This document shows, piece by piece, positions 1-9,460 of a DNA stretch of 64,000 bases. Position numbers and translations under genes: made by a program. Position 1 is the first letter of the stretch. Every line of letters starts with the position of its first letter. Under the pieces are notes generated by a model that was given only the letters and a program-made list of their open reading frames with translations, made no database searches and was not told the DNA's origin. This DNA comes from an uncultured Candidatus Saccharibacteria bacterium (GTDB lineage: Bacteria > Patescibacteriota > Minisyncoccia > Phycocordibacterales > DATGWK01): positions 138,990 to 202,989 of the forward strand of contig CAYRZH010000001.1 of the NCBI GenBank assembly GCA_964428845.1. Direction: 5' to 3'.

Positions 1-738
1 TCAGAGGATCAATCCTTCACAATTCCTGGTACTGATATTGTTAAGGGTCTAAAGTCTGTTTGGTATAGCTCCTCTGTTTCAAGTGTAAAACCAGAACTTT
101 CGAGTGTTTTTATCCATTCTGACAATGATTCTTTGATATTTGCCGCCACAGACTCTTTCCGTCTGGCTGAGAGAAAGATTTCTCTTAAAAAGGCAAAAAC
201 AGTCGATCGAATCCTTCTTCCATTTAAAAATATTCCCGAAATAATCAAAACTCTTGATGATATGGGGGATGAGACCACCGTCTGTTTTACAAAAAACCAA
301 ATTTCCTTTTCACGAGAAGGGGTCTATTTGACCTCCAGGATCGTCGACGGGGTTTTCCCAGACTATAAGCAGATTATACCGAGCGGCAATACGACGGAAG
401 CTGTTGTGTTGAAACAAGACCTAATACAAGCTCTAAAAGTTGCAAACATTTTTTCAGATAAATTCAACCAAATCAATATTCAAGTGTCTCCAAAATCAAA
501 AACGTTTATTTTAAAGACAAGCAACGGTGATGTTGGAGAAAGTATAAATTCTCTGGACGCCACCTTGTCGGGAGAAGATGTTGTTGTGAACTTCAATTAC
601 AAATATTTAAGCGACTGTTTCCAGTCCATAGACACGGACAGCGTCTCGCTGTCTTTCAATGGGCTGAATAAACCCCTAGTAATCCGTGGTGTAGGCGACA
701 AATCATTCTTGTATTTGGTGATGCCAATGAATAAGTAA
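1..738 (+). CDS. dnaN: DNA polymerase III beta sliding clamp, 3' portion (gene starts upstream of window)
   Basis: Frame 1 is open from position 1. Translation ...SSVFIHSDNDSLIFAATDSFRLAERK... LNKPLVIRG matches DnaN domains II-III. The listed ORF at 133 is only an internal Met. Confidence 0.85.
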   Translation, partial: SEDQSFTIPGTDIVKGLKSVWYSSSVSSVKPELSSVFIHSDNDSLIFAATDSFRLAERKISLKKAKTVDRILLPFKNIPEIIKTLDDMGDETTVCFTKNQISFSREGVYLTSRIVDGVFPDYKQIIPSGNTTEAVVLKQDLIQALKVANIFSDKFNQINIQVSPKSKTFILKTSNGDVGESINSLDATLSGEDVVVNFNYKYLSDCFQSIDTDSVSLSFNGLNKPLVIRGVGDKSFLYLVMPMNK

Positions 739-739
739 A

Positions 740-997
740 GTGAACAATCTCGAAGGATTTCTAAAAAAGTTTAGGTTAATAGTTGGAGCCAGAGAATCCG
801 AGAGGAGTGCTGTTTCCGATGTTCTTACTTCTGTCTTAGGAGTAAAGTTATCGGAAGACTCTATTGTCATAAAAAATAAAACTATCTCGATAAATTGCTC
901 GCCCATAATAAAGAGCCAAATCTTTTTAAATAAGAGCAAAATCCTTGCAGAGCTCAACAAAAATCCAGGATTAAAAAATGTTGCAGATATCCGCTAG
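740..997 (+). CDS. small hypothetical protein immediately downstream of dnaN (possibly DUF721-like)
   Basis: 85-aa ORF starting 2 nt after the dnaN stop. No recognisable motif. Confidence 0.3.
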   Translation: MNNLEGFLKKFRLIVGARESERSAVSDVLTSVLGVKLSEDSIVIKNKTISINCSPIIKSQIFLNKSKILAELNKNPGLKNVADIR

Positions 998-1006
998 CGG
1001 GGGAGG

Positions 1007-3568
1007 CTATGGAGTAAGGGATACATTGAAATCAACACTGGCCTCACCTTTGTTGTAGACAGAGTCATAAACAACGACACGGAGATTGTTGGTGTCGGCG
1101 AGCTTTTCCATATCGGCCGGGATAAAAGAGAACGCAAATGGTGCTGCGGTGGCATTGCCTATGTAGTCTCCATTTACGAAATATTCAACTTTTAACGTAG
1201 GGAAAGAAGAACTAATGGCTGTTGTTACAAAAATTTTCCCATTTCTAGGATAAAGAGTCCCCGCTGTAGGGCTCATAACCGTCACCTTTGGGAAAAACTC
1301 GGGTCGGTGAATATTGTCTAGTTCTGTCGGCACGGAGCCTTCTGTGGGCTCGATGATGCCGTTTGTCGTTACCCATTTACGTACCGCATACTCCCAATGA
1401 TTGAACTGGGGGTCTTCTGCGGGGTTTGTCGGCGGCTCGCCCCTAGGATTTTCTTTTTTCAGCCAGTAGAGAATGCTGTGGATTCCACCCGTTAGTCTCT
1501 CGTCGAGAGTCTCCTTAGGGGTAAATTCCGTAGCCCTCTTTTGAGAAAGTTTGTCTATCAAGATCGAAGTTCCTCCCTGCCATTTGCCGCGCAAAACAGG
1601 TTTCATCTCCAGACTGTCTTCGACAACCGGCGGTTCAAATTTCTCATCAGGTAAGTCCTTGAGGATTTTGTTCATGATTGTGTTCCAATACGGAACAATA
1701 ATCTGGCGAGCAATCTTCTTTTCCATAGGGTGGTTGTCATTATTTCCAGCCCAAGCCCCCACAACTACATTGGGTGTATATCCTACTACCCAAGCGTCAC
1801 GATAATCATTTGTAGTTCCTGTTTTGGCGGCGACATCTCGACCGGCAAAATATAGTGGAGAATGGACACCAAAAGCTGGTGCCCGGGCGGCATCATCGGA
1901 AAGCACGCTTGAAATCATAGAAGCCGTTTCTGCTGACAGGACTTGGGTCGGTCTCGGTTGGAATGATTCGAGGATGTTGCCATTTTTATCTTTAACCTCA
2001 AGAATTGCCGCATAAGGATTGCGCACACCATCGTTTGCAAAGACTCCGTAGGCACTCACCAGATCAAGAAGGGAAACTTCTCCACCACCGAGAACAAGAG
2101 TCAGGCCATACTGGCCGATGTTGGTGAGACTCTGGATACCCATATCCTTGGCGAGTCGTAGGGTGTCGGTCATCCCAGCAAGATAAAAAGTTTTTATGGA
2201 GGGGATGTTGATCGACTGGGCAAGAGCATCACGCATTGTTACAGGTCCTCGGAATTTCTCATCATAGTTCTTGGGGTTATAGCAGTTGGCGCCGGGGCGA
2301 AGGGGGATACTGTCCGGGCTGCATTCGGTCGAAAACTCTGTTTCTAGGTCGAAAACAACCGTTCCTGGTGTATATCCCTTATTGAAGGCTTCGGCGTAAG
2401 CGAAGGGTTTAAAAGAGGATCCTGGTTGGCGGTGGGCGGTGGCTACGTTGAAATTGCCATCTATTTCTTTGTCGAAGTATCCGCGCGAGCCTACCATAGC
2501 GAGAATTTGCCCAGTTTTTGGTTCGATGACAACGGTTGCGATATTCTCGGCATCAAAATTTTTCTTATTCTGAAGAGCGTAGGGCCCGGCAACTTCTTCG
2601 ATAATGTCTTGCATGTCATAGTCAATGGTGGTGATGACCTTGAGTCCACCTTCCTCGAGAACCCGTCCCCCATATTTTTTCTCAAGCATTTCTTTGACGA
2701 ACATTACAAAGTGGGGAGCTTTGATCCCAGTATCGTCTTTCGGGTGGAAGGTAACCTTTTCTTTCAGTGCCTCTTCGTACTCACCTTCGGTGATGAATTT
2801 ATTTTTTAACATCTCTCTCAAAACTAGATTCTTTCTTTCCTCCAGTCGATCTCGATTCCCACCATATGGAGAATAAAAACTTGGGGCTTTCGGCAGGGCG
2901 GCTAAGTAAGCAGCCTCTGCGAGCGTAACTTCAGAGGCATGTTTGCCGAAAAATGTATTGCTTGCCTCTTCTACTCCGTAAATATTACCTCCGTAAGGTA
3001 TCTCATTTAGATACATGCTAAAGATCTGCTCTTTAGGAACCATTCGTTCGAGCTTCAGAGCAAGAACCCACTCCTTGAGTTTTCTTGAAATTCTTTTTTC
3101 TCCGGAAAGTAGGGAATTTTTGACTACCTGTTGGGTAATGGTCGAACCCCCCTGGCTCAAACTGAAACCGCTAAGGTTTACGAGTGTAGCCCGCACGATA
3201 GAGAGAGGCTTTATGCCGTGGTGGGTGTAAAAATCATTATCTTCTATGGCCAAAGTGGCGTTTTTAATCTTTGGGGAGATTTCTTCAAAAGGGATAACTG
3301 TGCGCTTTATGTTTTGAAAAACATCGTACAGGAGAATTTCCCCTGTTCGATCATATATCTTCGTGGATTGTGTCACCTTGCGCTCCTGGAACGAGTCTAG
3401 GGTTGGGACCCTCCAGCTAGAAACCCAAAGGAGAAAGATCCCCGAAAGAAAAATAAGGGCGGTGGCGGAGATTATCACCACGCGCTTGATGAGTTTCTTA
3501 TTTCTCAAGACCTTCTTCGATCTCGCTAAAAGATTTTTTAGGTTCACTTTCATCACAAAATCAATCAT
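1007..3568 (-). CDS. mrcA: penicillin-binding protein 1A (bifunctional glycosyltransferase/transpeptidase) with C-terminal extension
   Basis: N-terminal TM segment. GT51 motifs (EDNDFYTHHGI, GGSTITQQVVKN). Transpeptidase SxxK/SxN-like (SSFKP, KTGTTND). About 200 aa of extra C-terminal sequence. Confidence 0.85.
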   Translation of the reverse strand: MIDFVMKVNLKNLLARSKKVLRNKKLIKRVVIISATALIFLSGIFLLWVSSWRVPTLDSFQERKVTQSTKIYDRTGEILLYDVFQNIKRTVIPFEEISPKIKNATLAIEDNDFYTHHGIKPLSIVRATLVNLSGFSLSQGGSTITQQVVKNSLLSGEKRISRKLKEWVLALKLERMVPKEQIFSMYLNEIPYGGNIYGVEEASNTFFGKHASEVTLAEAAYLAALPKAPSFYSPYGGNRDRLEERKNLVLREMLKNKFITEGEYEEALKEKVTFHPKDDTGIKAPHFVMFVKEMLEKKYGGRVLEEGGLKVITTIDYDMQDIIEEVAGPYALQNKKNFDAENIATVVIEPKTGQILAMVGSRGYFDKEIDGNFNVATAHRQPGSSFKPFAYAEAFNKGYTPGTVVFDLETEFSTECSPDSIPLRPGANCYNPKNYDEKFRGPVTMRDALAQSINIPSIKTFYLAGMTDTLRLAKDMGIQSLTNIGQYGLTLVLGGGEVSLLDLVSAYGVFANDGVRNPYAAILEVKDKNGNILESFQPRPTQVLSAETASMISSVLSDDAARAPAFGVHSPLYFAGRDVAAKTGTTNDYRDAWVVGYTPNVVVGAWAGNNDNHPMEKKIARQIIVPYWNTIMNKILKDLPDEKFEPPVVEDSLEMKPVLRGKWQGGTSILIDKLSQKRATEFTPKETLDERLTGGIHSILYWLKKENPRGEPPTNPAEDPQFNHWEYAVRKWVTTNGIIEPTEGSVPTELDNIHRPEFFPKVTVMSPTAGTLYPRNGKIFVTTAISSSFPTLKVEYFVNGDYIGNATAAPFAFSFIPADMEKLADTNNLRVVVYDSVYNKGEASVDFNVSLTP

Positions 3569-3633
3569 ACCACAAGGACGTAGAGAGAAGGGTTTTCATA
3601 CCAAAACTCTCTTTTTCGTGATAAATTAGTGGG

Positions 3634-4860
3634 GTGATAAGACTATTCCCCCACAAAAATCCAACTATCAATACTGACCGACAAAAGATCCAAGAATTAC
3701 TCTCTCGCAACGTTGAGGAGATTTTTGTAAGAGAAAGTCTCGAGAAAAAACTTCTTTCCGGTAAGCGCTTACGAGTGAAACTTGGATTTGATCCGACTGG
3801 AGCCAATATTCACCTGGGTCGGGCCGTGATCTTGAGAAAACTGAAAGATTTCCAAGACCTGGGGCACGAAGCTATTTTTGTCATCGGCGATTTTACCGCC
3901 CAGATCGGAGACCCGTCCGACAAGCTTGAAAAGCGACCCATGCTTACAAAAGAAGAAATTGCTAAAAATCTTCTAAATTACAAAAAACAAGTTGGCAAAA
4001 TAATTGATCTTAAAAAAGCAACCTTTCACTACAATAGTTCGTGGTTATCGAAACTCAAGCTCGACGAAATTACCAAATTAGCGGAAAGTTTTTCCATCCA
4101 ACAGATGTCGAACCGCAGAAACTTTAAAGAAAGACTTGAGAAAGGGGTAGAAATCTCACTAAGAGAATTTTTGTACCCTCTTATGCAGGGCTATGATTCG
4201 GTAGCCCTCGGAGTCGACGTGGAAATCGGAGGTTTCGACCAACTTTTCAATCTCAAGGCCGGCCGCGTTATACAGAGACATTATGGTATGGCAGAGCAAG
4301 ATGTTCTTACTACAAGTATGCTTATCGGTACCGATGGCAGAAAGATGTCTACGAGCTGGGGCAATGTCATAAATATTCTAGATGAACCAAGCGAAATGTT
4401 TGGGAAGATAATGTCTCTAAGAGATGACTTGATCCAGACGTATTTCCTCTTATGCACAGACATGCCGTCGGAGGAAGCCAAACAAATCGGTGCTCGGATC
4501 GAGGCTGGAGAAAACCCTCGCGATCTGAAGCTTGATCTGGCGGGGCGCGTAGTTTCCATCTACTGGGGGGAGACAGCCAGCGCTAAAGCTAAAAGAATAT
4601 TTGTTGACACCTTTTCTCTAAAAAAAACTCCAGATGAGGTGGAAACAATCTCACTTGCTCCAAATGCCGTGATTGTAGATGCACTGCTTGAGCGAGGATT
4701 TGTGAAATCAAAAACAGAATGGAGGAGGCTAGTTCTCGAAGGTGCGGTTGTGGATGCAAATACAGGGATCAAAATGAATGACCCTCAAGCCTTGGCGACA
4801 TCCAAAGTTACTTATAAAATCGGTAAAAGACGTTTTGTAAGGATATCGATACTCTCCTGA
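3634..4860 (+). CDS. tyrS: tyrosyl-tRNA synthetase with C-terminal S4-like domain (GTG start)
   Basis: Class I motifs: HLGRAV (HIGH-like), KMSTSWGN (KMSKS). C-terminal S4-like region (IVDALLERGFVKSKTEWRRLV). Confidence 0.8.
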   Translation: MIRLFPHKNPTINTDRQKIQELLSRNVEEIFVRESLEKKLLSGKRLRVKLGFDPTGANIHLGRAVILRKLKDFQDLGHEAIFVIGDFTAQIGDPSDKLEKRPMLTKEEIAKNLLNYKKQVGKIIDLKKATFHYNSSWLSKLKLDEITKLAESFSIQQMSNRRNFKERLEKGVEISLREFLYPLMQGYDSVALGVDVEIGGFDQLFNLKAGRVIQRHYGMAEQDVLTTSMLIGTDGRKMSTSWGNVINILDEPSEMFGKIMSLRDDLIQTYFLLCTDMPSEEAKQIGARIEAGENPRDLKLDLAGRVVSIYWGETASAKAKRIFVDTFSLKKTPDEVETISLAPNAVIVDALLERGFVKSKTEWRRLVLEGAVVDANTGIKMNDPQALATSKVTYKIGKRRFVRISILS

Positions 4861-4887
4861 AATATTAGAGGAAATTGTTGCAAAAAA

Positions 4888-4916
4888 ACAAAACCCCCAC
4901 TCGGGGGTTTTGTTTA
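4888..4916. terminator. bidirectional rho-independent terminator (aaaaccccc-actc-gggggtttt)
   Basis: Perfect 9-bp stem with a 4-nt loop, flanked by A-run and T-run, between convergent tyrS and a small acidic ORF. Confidence 0.6.
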
Positions 4917-4929
4917 TACACTCTGTATT

Positions 4930-5073
4930 TTACATTTCTTCTTCCTCGGGTACTTCCTCCTCGCCGTCAGCTCCTTCGATATGCATACCGCTACTCTTTA
5001 ACTCCTCTTCCTCGGTCTCTTCTGGTTCTACGTCTCCGTCTGCCTCATCTAGGAAATTAAATTCATCTCCCAT
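4930..5073 (-). CDS. 47-aa hyper-acidic small protein (MGDEFNFLDEADGDVEPEETEEEELKSSGMHIEGADGEEEVPEEEEM)
   Basis: Hand-translated minus-strand ORF below the 60-aa cutoff of the track. It has an AT-rich start context like other genes here, and the terminator lies directly downstream. Low-complexity, so uncertain. Confidence 0.3.
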   Translation of the reverse strand: MGDEFNFLDEADGDVEPEETEEEELKSSGMHIEGADGEEEVPEEEEM

Positions 5074-5181
5074 AATTTTTTTTAAATTATCTTTATAATG
5101 TCACTAATAAATTTTAATATTTTCTCGCAAGCACCTACTTTGTATCAAATTTGAAATTGTTTGGCAAACAAAAAAGGGGAG

Positions 5182-5682
5182 TTATGTGGATAATGGAGTT
5201 CGGATGGCATTTGATTTGTAAGATGCGGCATGAGTTAGCCCTATAGCGATGGCGTCGAACTCATCATCGTGCTCTATTTTTTTCCGAACTTGCACCAGTT
5301 TGGGAACCATCATGATAATTTGGTCTTTTGTAGCGCGACCATAACCACAGACAGCCATCTTGACCTCGAGTGGGGAGTATTGGAAAGCCTTTATCTTGTT
5401 GCGGGTGGCTTCATAGACTACTACTCCAAGAGCTTGTGACACCAAAAGTGCGGTTTTTATGTTCTTGTTAAAAAAAACGTCTTCTGTTGCTAGGGTGTCA
5501 GGTTTCCACTCGGCGACCACTCTGGCAATTTCTTCCCCGATGAGGGAGAGGCGGCGATAGTGAGGGAGCTTTGAAGATGTCATGAAGCAGTCGGAGTAAA
5601 GTAGAGAGTTTTTTCCCTGCTCCGTATGGAGTACGGCAATTCCGAGTCTTTCGTAACCGGGGTCTATGGATAAGATTTTCAT
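5182..5682 (-). CDS. ruvC: crossover junction endodeoxyribonuclease RuvC
   Basis: MKILSIDPGYERLGIAV... matches the RuvC N-terminal catalytic Asp motif and the RNase H-like fold pattern. Confidence 0.85.
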   Translation of the reverse strand: MKILSIDPGYERLGIAVLHTEQGKNSLLYSDCFMTSSKLPHYRRLSLIGEEIARVVAEWKPDTLATEDVFFNKNIKTALLVSQALGVVVYEATRNKIKAFQYSPLEVKMAVCGYGRATKDQIIMMVPKLVQVRKKIEHDDEFDAIAIGLTHAASYKSNAIRTPLST

Positions 5683-5701
5683 AGGGTGGTTTTAAGCAAT
5701 T

Positions 5702-5888
5702 GCAGTCGGCAGAATCTTGTCCTCCGAGACCGCTCCGCGCCTCCAGCGAGGTGCTCGCTTGATCCTCGGAAGATTTCTGTAAAGTTGGCCAGACAACTAC
5801 GCAAGAAAACCAACTCAACTAACTGGCCAACTTGACAGACCATGCAAATCTTCCTGCGGGGTCTCTGCGGACAAGATTCTGCCGGCTG
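5702..5888. repeat. ~187-nt long imperfect palindrome (long hairpin) in the yebC-ruvC intergenic region
   Basis: gcagtcggcagaatcttgtcc (5702-5722) pairs with ggacaagattctgccggctg (5869-5888). Further collinear paired blocks gagacc, ggaagattt and agttggccag/ctggccaact surround a ~22-nt apical loop. The left arm carries a 37-nt insertion with its own hairpin gcgag-gtg-ctcgc. Confidence 0.5.
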
Positions 5889-5910
5889 GTCACTCTTATC
5901 TTCATACCAG

Positions 5911-6438
5911 CTACTCTGCATTTGTGTAGACGTCTTGTACATCGTCGTTTCCTTCGAGTTCGGAGACGAGTGTTTCCAATAACTTCAAGTCGTCGTCGGA
6001 AAGGGGGATAGTTGTTTTCGGAACCCAACCTTCGGCCGTTTTCTCAAATGCCCAGGTTGCGGCACCCATACCTGCCAAGGCAAAACCGTTTCGCGAAAGG
6101 ATATGTTTTATCTCTTGAGCAGCTTTATTTCTGTTGTCGGTTAGGGTCTCTATCACTATCGCAGTTCCACCTGGCCCATATGCCTCGTAGAGCATGCTTT
6201 CCATTGCCGCTCCTTGCTCGGTCGCTTTTCTGATAGCTCTGTCGATGTTGTCATTCGGCATGTTTGCCGCCTTGGCACGATCAATAACAGCCTTTAGTCC
6301 TGGAGATGTCCGGTTGCCGCCAGACTTTTTTGCCTCGACCGTGATCAGGCGCGCAAACTTAGTAAAAATTTTACTTTTTTCGGCATCAGTCTTACCCTTT
6401 TGTCGCTTTATTTGGGCCCATTTGTTATGTCCTGCCAT
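5911..6438 (-). CDS. yebC: YebC/PmpR family probable transcriptional regulator (short form, 175 aa)
   Basis: MAGHNKWAQIKRQKGKTDAEKSKIFTKF... and YGPGGTAIVIE...DDVQDVYTNAE match the YebC family. About 70 aa shorter than E. coli YebC. Confidence 0.8.
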   Translation of the reverse strand: MAGHNKWAQIKRQKGKTDAEKSKIFTKFARLITVEAKKSGGNRTSPGLKAVIDRAKAANMPNDNIDRAIRKATEQGAAMESMLYEAYGPGGTAIVIETLTDNRNKAAQEIKHILSRNGFALAGMGAATWAFEKTAEGWVPKTTIPLSDDDLKLLETLVSELEGNDDVQDVYTNAE

Positions 6439-6440
6439 AT

Positions 6441-7463
6441 TTATATAAGTTTATTTTGTGATCCAGAAGACTTTTCTAGATTCAAATGTCTGTGAGCCGA
6501 ATCGGTGACAGTTCTACCGCGCGGTGTGCGCTCAAGAAAACCTATCTGCAAAAGATATGGCTCATTGAACTCCTCAATGGTAGCCTCTTCTTCTGAAAGT
6601 GCGGCGGCGAGAGTGTTGAGACCAACTGGCCCCCCTTTAAATTTTTTTACAATTGTCATAAGAAGTGAACGATCAGAAGGGGAGAGACCGATGTCGTCAA
6701 CACCGAGAAGAGTTAACGCTTCTATCACGATATCTTCAGTGAGATCTGTTTTTTGTATTTGGGCGAAGTCTCTGCAACGTTTGAGAAAATAATTTGCAGT
6801 TCTCGGGGTAAAGCGACTACGTTTTGCTATTTCGTTTACCGCCTTCTCCTCTATAGATATCTTAAGTATATTCGCGGAACGGCGAATAATCTCCTCGATC
6901 TCACTGTTGCTGTAGAATTCCAACTTGAAGATACCACCGGAAAAGCGGCTTCTAAGAGGGGCAGAGATAAGTGCGATACGCGTAGTGGCGGCTATGAGAG
7001 TAAAAGCCGGAAGCTCTAGCTGGATAGTACGAGCCGACGGCCCCTTGCCGATTATGATATCAAGTGAGCCAGACTCCATCGCCGGATACAAAACTTCCTC
7101 AATGGTTTTATTTAAACGATGGATTTCGTCTATAAAAAGTAAATCGCCGGGAGTGAGATTGGTAAGGATGGAAGCGAGGTCACCAACTTTTTCTATGGCT
7201 GGTCCAGAAGTAATTTTTATCTGTGAACCAGTCTCTTTGGCTATGAGATGGGCAAGAGTTGTCTTCCCCAAGCCGGGTGGTCCGTAGAAAAGGACGTGCT
7301 CGGGTGGGTGGTTTCGCTCTTTGGCTGCCCCGAGAAGAATTTTTAGGTTATCTTTTATGTTTTTTTGGCCAATGTAATCGTTCCACCGACTCGGTCTAAG
7401 AGTTTGGTCCAGAAAACCAGTGTCTTTTTCGGTAGGCGAGGGGTCCTTTTTATCGCTTGACAT
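6441..7463 (-). CDS. ruvB: Holliday junction branch migration ATPase RuvB
   Basis: AAA+ Walker A FYGPPGLGKTTLAHLIAKE, Walker B LLFIDEIHRL, and the RuvB C-terminal winged helix. Confidence 0.9.
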   Translation of the reverse strand: MSSDKKDPSPTEKDTGFLDQTLRPSRWNDYIGQKNIKDNLKILLGAAKERNHPPEHVLFYGPPGLGKTTLAHLIAKETGSQIKITSGPAIEKVGDLASILTNLTPGDLLFIDEIHRLNKTIEEVLYPAMESGSLDIIIGKGPSARTIQLELPAFTLIAATTRIALISAPLRSRFSGGIFKLEFYSNSEIEEIIRRSANILKISIEEKAVNEIAKRSRFTPRTANYFLKRCRDFAQIQKTDLTEDIVIEALTLLGVDDIGLSPSDRSLLMTIVKKFKGGPVGLNTLAAALSEEEATIEEFNEPYLLQIGFLERTPRGRTVTDSAHRHLNLEKSSGSQNKLI

Positions 7464-7519
7464 AGAATTCTTTTTGTGCTAAATTGCTTCGGCTTAGTCA
7501 GTTCGTCGTAATCCAAGAT

Positions 7520-7665
7520 ATAAATCTCTAAACAACGAGGCCCCCGGGCTTTAGTAGCGACTTCTTCAAGGACTCCCTGGTTACGTCTTGTACGTTTGCT
7601 GGGGGTATCCTTCGATTAGCGCTCAACTTTTAGTCTTGTATTAAAAGTGTTGTTTAGAGATTTAT
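7520..7665. repeat. MITE-like element: perfect 17-bp terminal inverted repeats (ataaatctctaaacaac / gttgtttagagatttat) flanking 112 bp
   Basis: Exact 17-bp inverted repeat at 7520-7536 and 7649-7665, in the pilB-ruvB intergenic region. The interior has additional short palindromes. Confidence 0.4.
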
Positions 7666-7786
7666 GTTTTGGATTTCTTAGAGGAAATCCTCCTAACTAT
7701 ACACCCCAGATTGCACCAGACAATATTGTAAATTCGGGAAATTGTTTTTTAATGGGGAAGATTGATATAAAGAACGACGATTCTTG

Positions 7787-9460
7787 TCAAGAGATATCAA
7801 TAACTCTACCCAGCTCGTCGAGAGAGGTGGTGCCGGCTAAAACCTTCAGGATTCCATCCTGTGTCATGGATAGAATGTTTTGCGATTTGGCTGCTTCCTT
7901 CACTTCACGTTCGCTGGGGTTCATCTCGATCACTTTTTCTATATTCTCGTCACTTTTTATCGCCTCGAATATACCAATTCTTCCGATGTAACCAGTTTTT
8001 CTACATTTATCACACCCATGAGCTTCCCATATTGATTCAGTCTGGACCCCATCGAGGTAAGTCTTATCCGTAAATGTGGCAAGAACACGATTAACGACAC
8101 CTTTTTCTTGGTCAGAAGGAGACTTTTTGGTCCTACAGTCGGGACAAAGCTTGCGCACAAGTCTCTGGGCCATGGCGATACTTATGGCTGAAGTAATGAC
8201 TTTATAATTTACACCCAGATCTATAAGGCGGGGGAATGTGCCGGCGGCGTTGTTGGTGTGGAGGGTCGAGAAAACAAGATGACCGGTCAAGGCGGCATTG
8301 ATCGCAATCTCCGCGGTTTCTGAATCGCGGATCTCACCGACCATTATGACGTCAGGATCTTGTCGCAAGGCAGAACGAAGCCCCTCGAGGAAGGTGTAAC
8401 CTTTTTCATCGTCAGTTTGGGTCTGCACAATCCCAGGTAAGTGGTATTCAATTGGGTTCTCAATGGTGATTATTTTTATTCCAGGAGAGTGGATTTTTTT
8501 TAGAAAAGCGTAGAGCGTAGTCGTCTTACCAGAACCAGTTGGCCCTGTGTTCAGGATCATTCCATTTGGCTTCCTAATTTCTTTTTCCAACAGAGATAGT
8601 AGGCGTGGATGGATGCCAAGTTCTTCGAATGGGACAGAAATGGCATTTGGATTCAAGATACGCAGTACGATAGTGTCGTTGTATGCGCCAGGCAAAAGGG
8701 AAGTCCTGATTTCAATTTCTGTGTCTCGAACTTTTATACTAAAACGACCGTCTTGGGCCTTGCCTTTGATGTTTAACTTGAGATTGGATATAAGTTTGAT
8801 GCGAGAAAGGACCAGGCTGTACGTGTCGTTATCAAACTTCAAGACATCCGTAAGAAGACCGTCGAGTCTGTATCGCAAAAGAACATAATCTTCTTCTGGC
8901 TCAAGGTGGATGTCCGATGCTCCAACTGAAAGTGCTCCTGCGAGCATAATCTCGAGAAGCTTTGAAATGCGATAGATTTTCTTTTCGGACAAAGCTTCCC
9001 TTATGAGCTTTTCTATGTCCGCCATGCTTCTGACTTGTTTCAAAAATTCTACAACCTCTTCGCTCGATATGGTAAGCGAACCGCCTTTTGTCTCAAAAGA
9101 ATAAGAGAGGTCTTTATAACGCTCCCAGACTTTATTCAAACTTTCTTCAGAAACCATAAAAAGGGATGGTTCGTAACCTCGGTGTCTTAGATCATCTATC
9201 GCGTCTACTACATCTTGGCTCTTCGGCGAGAGGACCCCGATCTGGACTTTTTTGTCTATTATATTGAAAGGGGCAATCTTTATGGCTCGGGCGTTTTCCT
9301 CTTTCATAATCCGAAGAGCGTCTATATTGATCGGGAAAATAGAAAGGTCTAAGTATGGCAGATTGTGTCTCGCCGCCATGACCCTCGTCAAGTTTTCAGC
9401 CTCTTCTTTTTTGAGCTCGGCGACTCGTCTATTCTGTTTTTCCTCGTCAAATTGGACCAT
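7787..9460 (-). CDS. pilB: type IV pilus / type II secretion assembly ATPase (PilB/GspE family)
   Basis: N-terminal GspII_E-like domain. Walker A LNTGPTGSGKTTTLYA. Asp/His boxes. C-terminal zinc-binding CPDCR...CDKCRKTGY. Confidence 0.85.
   Translation of the reverse strand: MVQFDEEKQNRRVAELKKEEAENLTRVMAARHNLPYLDLSIFPINIDALRIMKEENARAIKIAPFNIIDKKVQIGVLSPKSQDVVDAIDDLRHRGYEPSLFMVSEESLNKVWERYKDLSYSFETKGGSLTISSEEVVEFLKQVRSMADIEKLIREALSEKKIYRISKLLEIMLAGALSVGASDIHLEPEEDYVLLRYRLDGLLTDVLKFDNDTYSLVLSRIKLISNLKLNIKGKAQDGRFSIKVRDTEIEIRTSLLPGAYNDTIVLRILNPNAISVPFEELGIHPRLLSLLEKEIRKPNGMILNTGPTGSGKTTTLYAFLKKIHSPGIKIITIENPIEYHLPGIVQTQTDDEKGYTFLEGLRSALRQDPDVIMVGEIRDSETAEIAINAALTGHLVFSTLHTNNAAGTFPRLIDLGVNYKVITSAISIAMAQRLVRKLCPDCRTKKSPSDQEKGVVNRVLATFTDKTYLDGVQTESIWEAHGCDKCRKTGYIGRIGIFEAIKSDENIEKVIEMNPSEREVKEAAKSQNILSMTQDGILKVLAGTTSLDELGRVIDIS

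Noticed and set aside
4875-5098. Plus-strand ORFs 4875-5060 and 4910-5098 (Ser/Leu-rich low complexity)
   Set aside because: They are the antisense of the poly-acidic ORF/GA-rich sequence, and they cross a terminator hairpin.
5498-6028. Minus-strand ORFs 5498-5818, 5679-5942, 5819-6028
   Set aside because: They overlap ruvC and yebC and run through the long palindrome. Open frames are created by the GC-rich inverted repeat.
5911-6438. YebC being a truncated pseudogene
   Set aside because: The N- and C-terminal conserved blocks are both present and in frame with a clean stop. It is more likely a naturally short variant.
7520-7665. Small SRP RNA assignment
   Set aside because: There is only a loose resemblance to the ACCAGG...GGAA...AGCAGCC helix-8 motif on the minus strand. 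No GNRA tetraloop in the right place.
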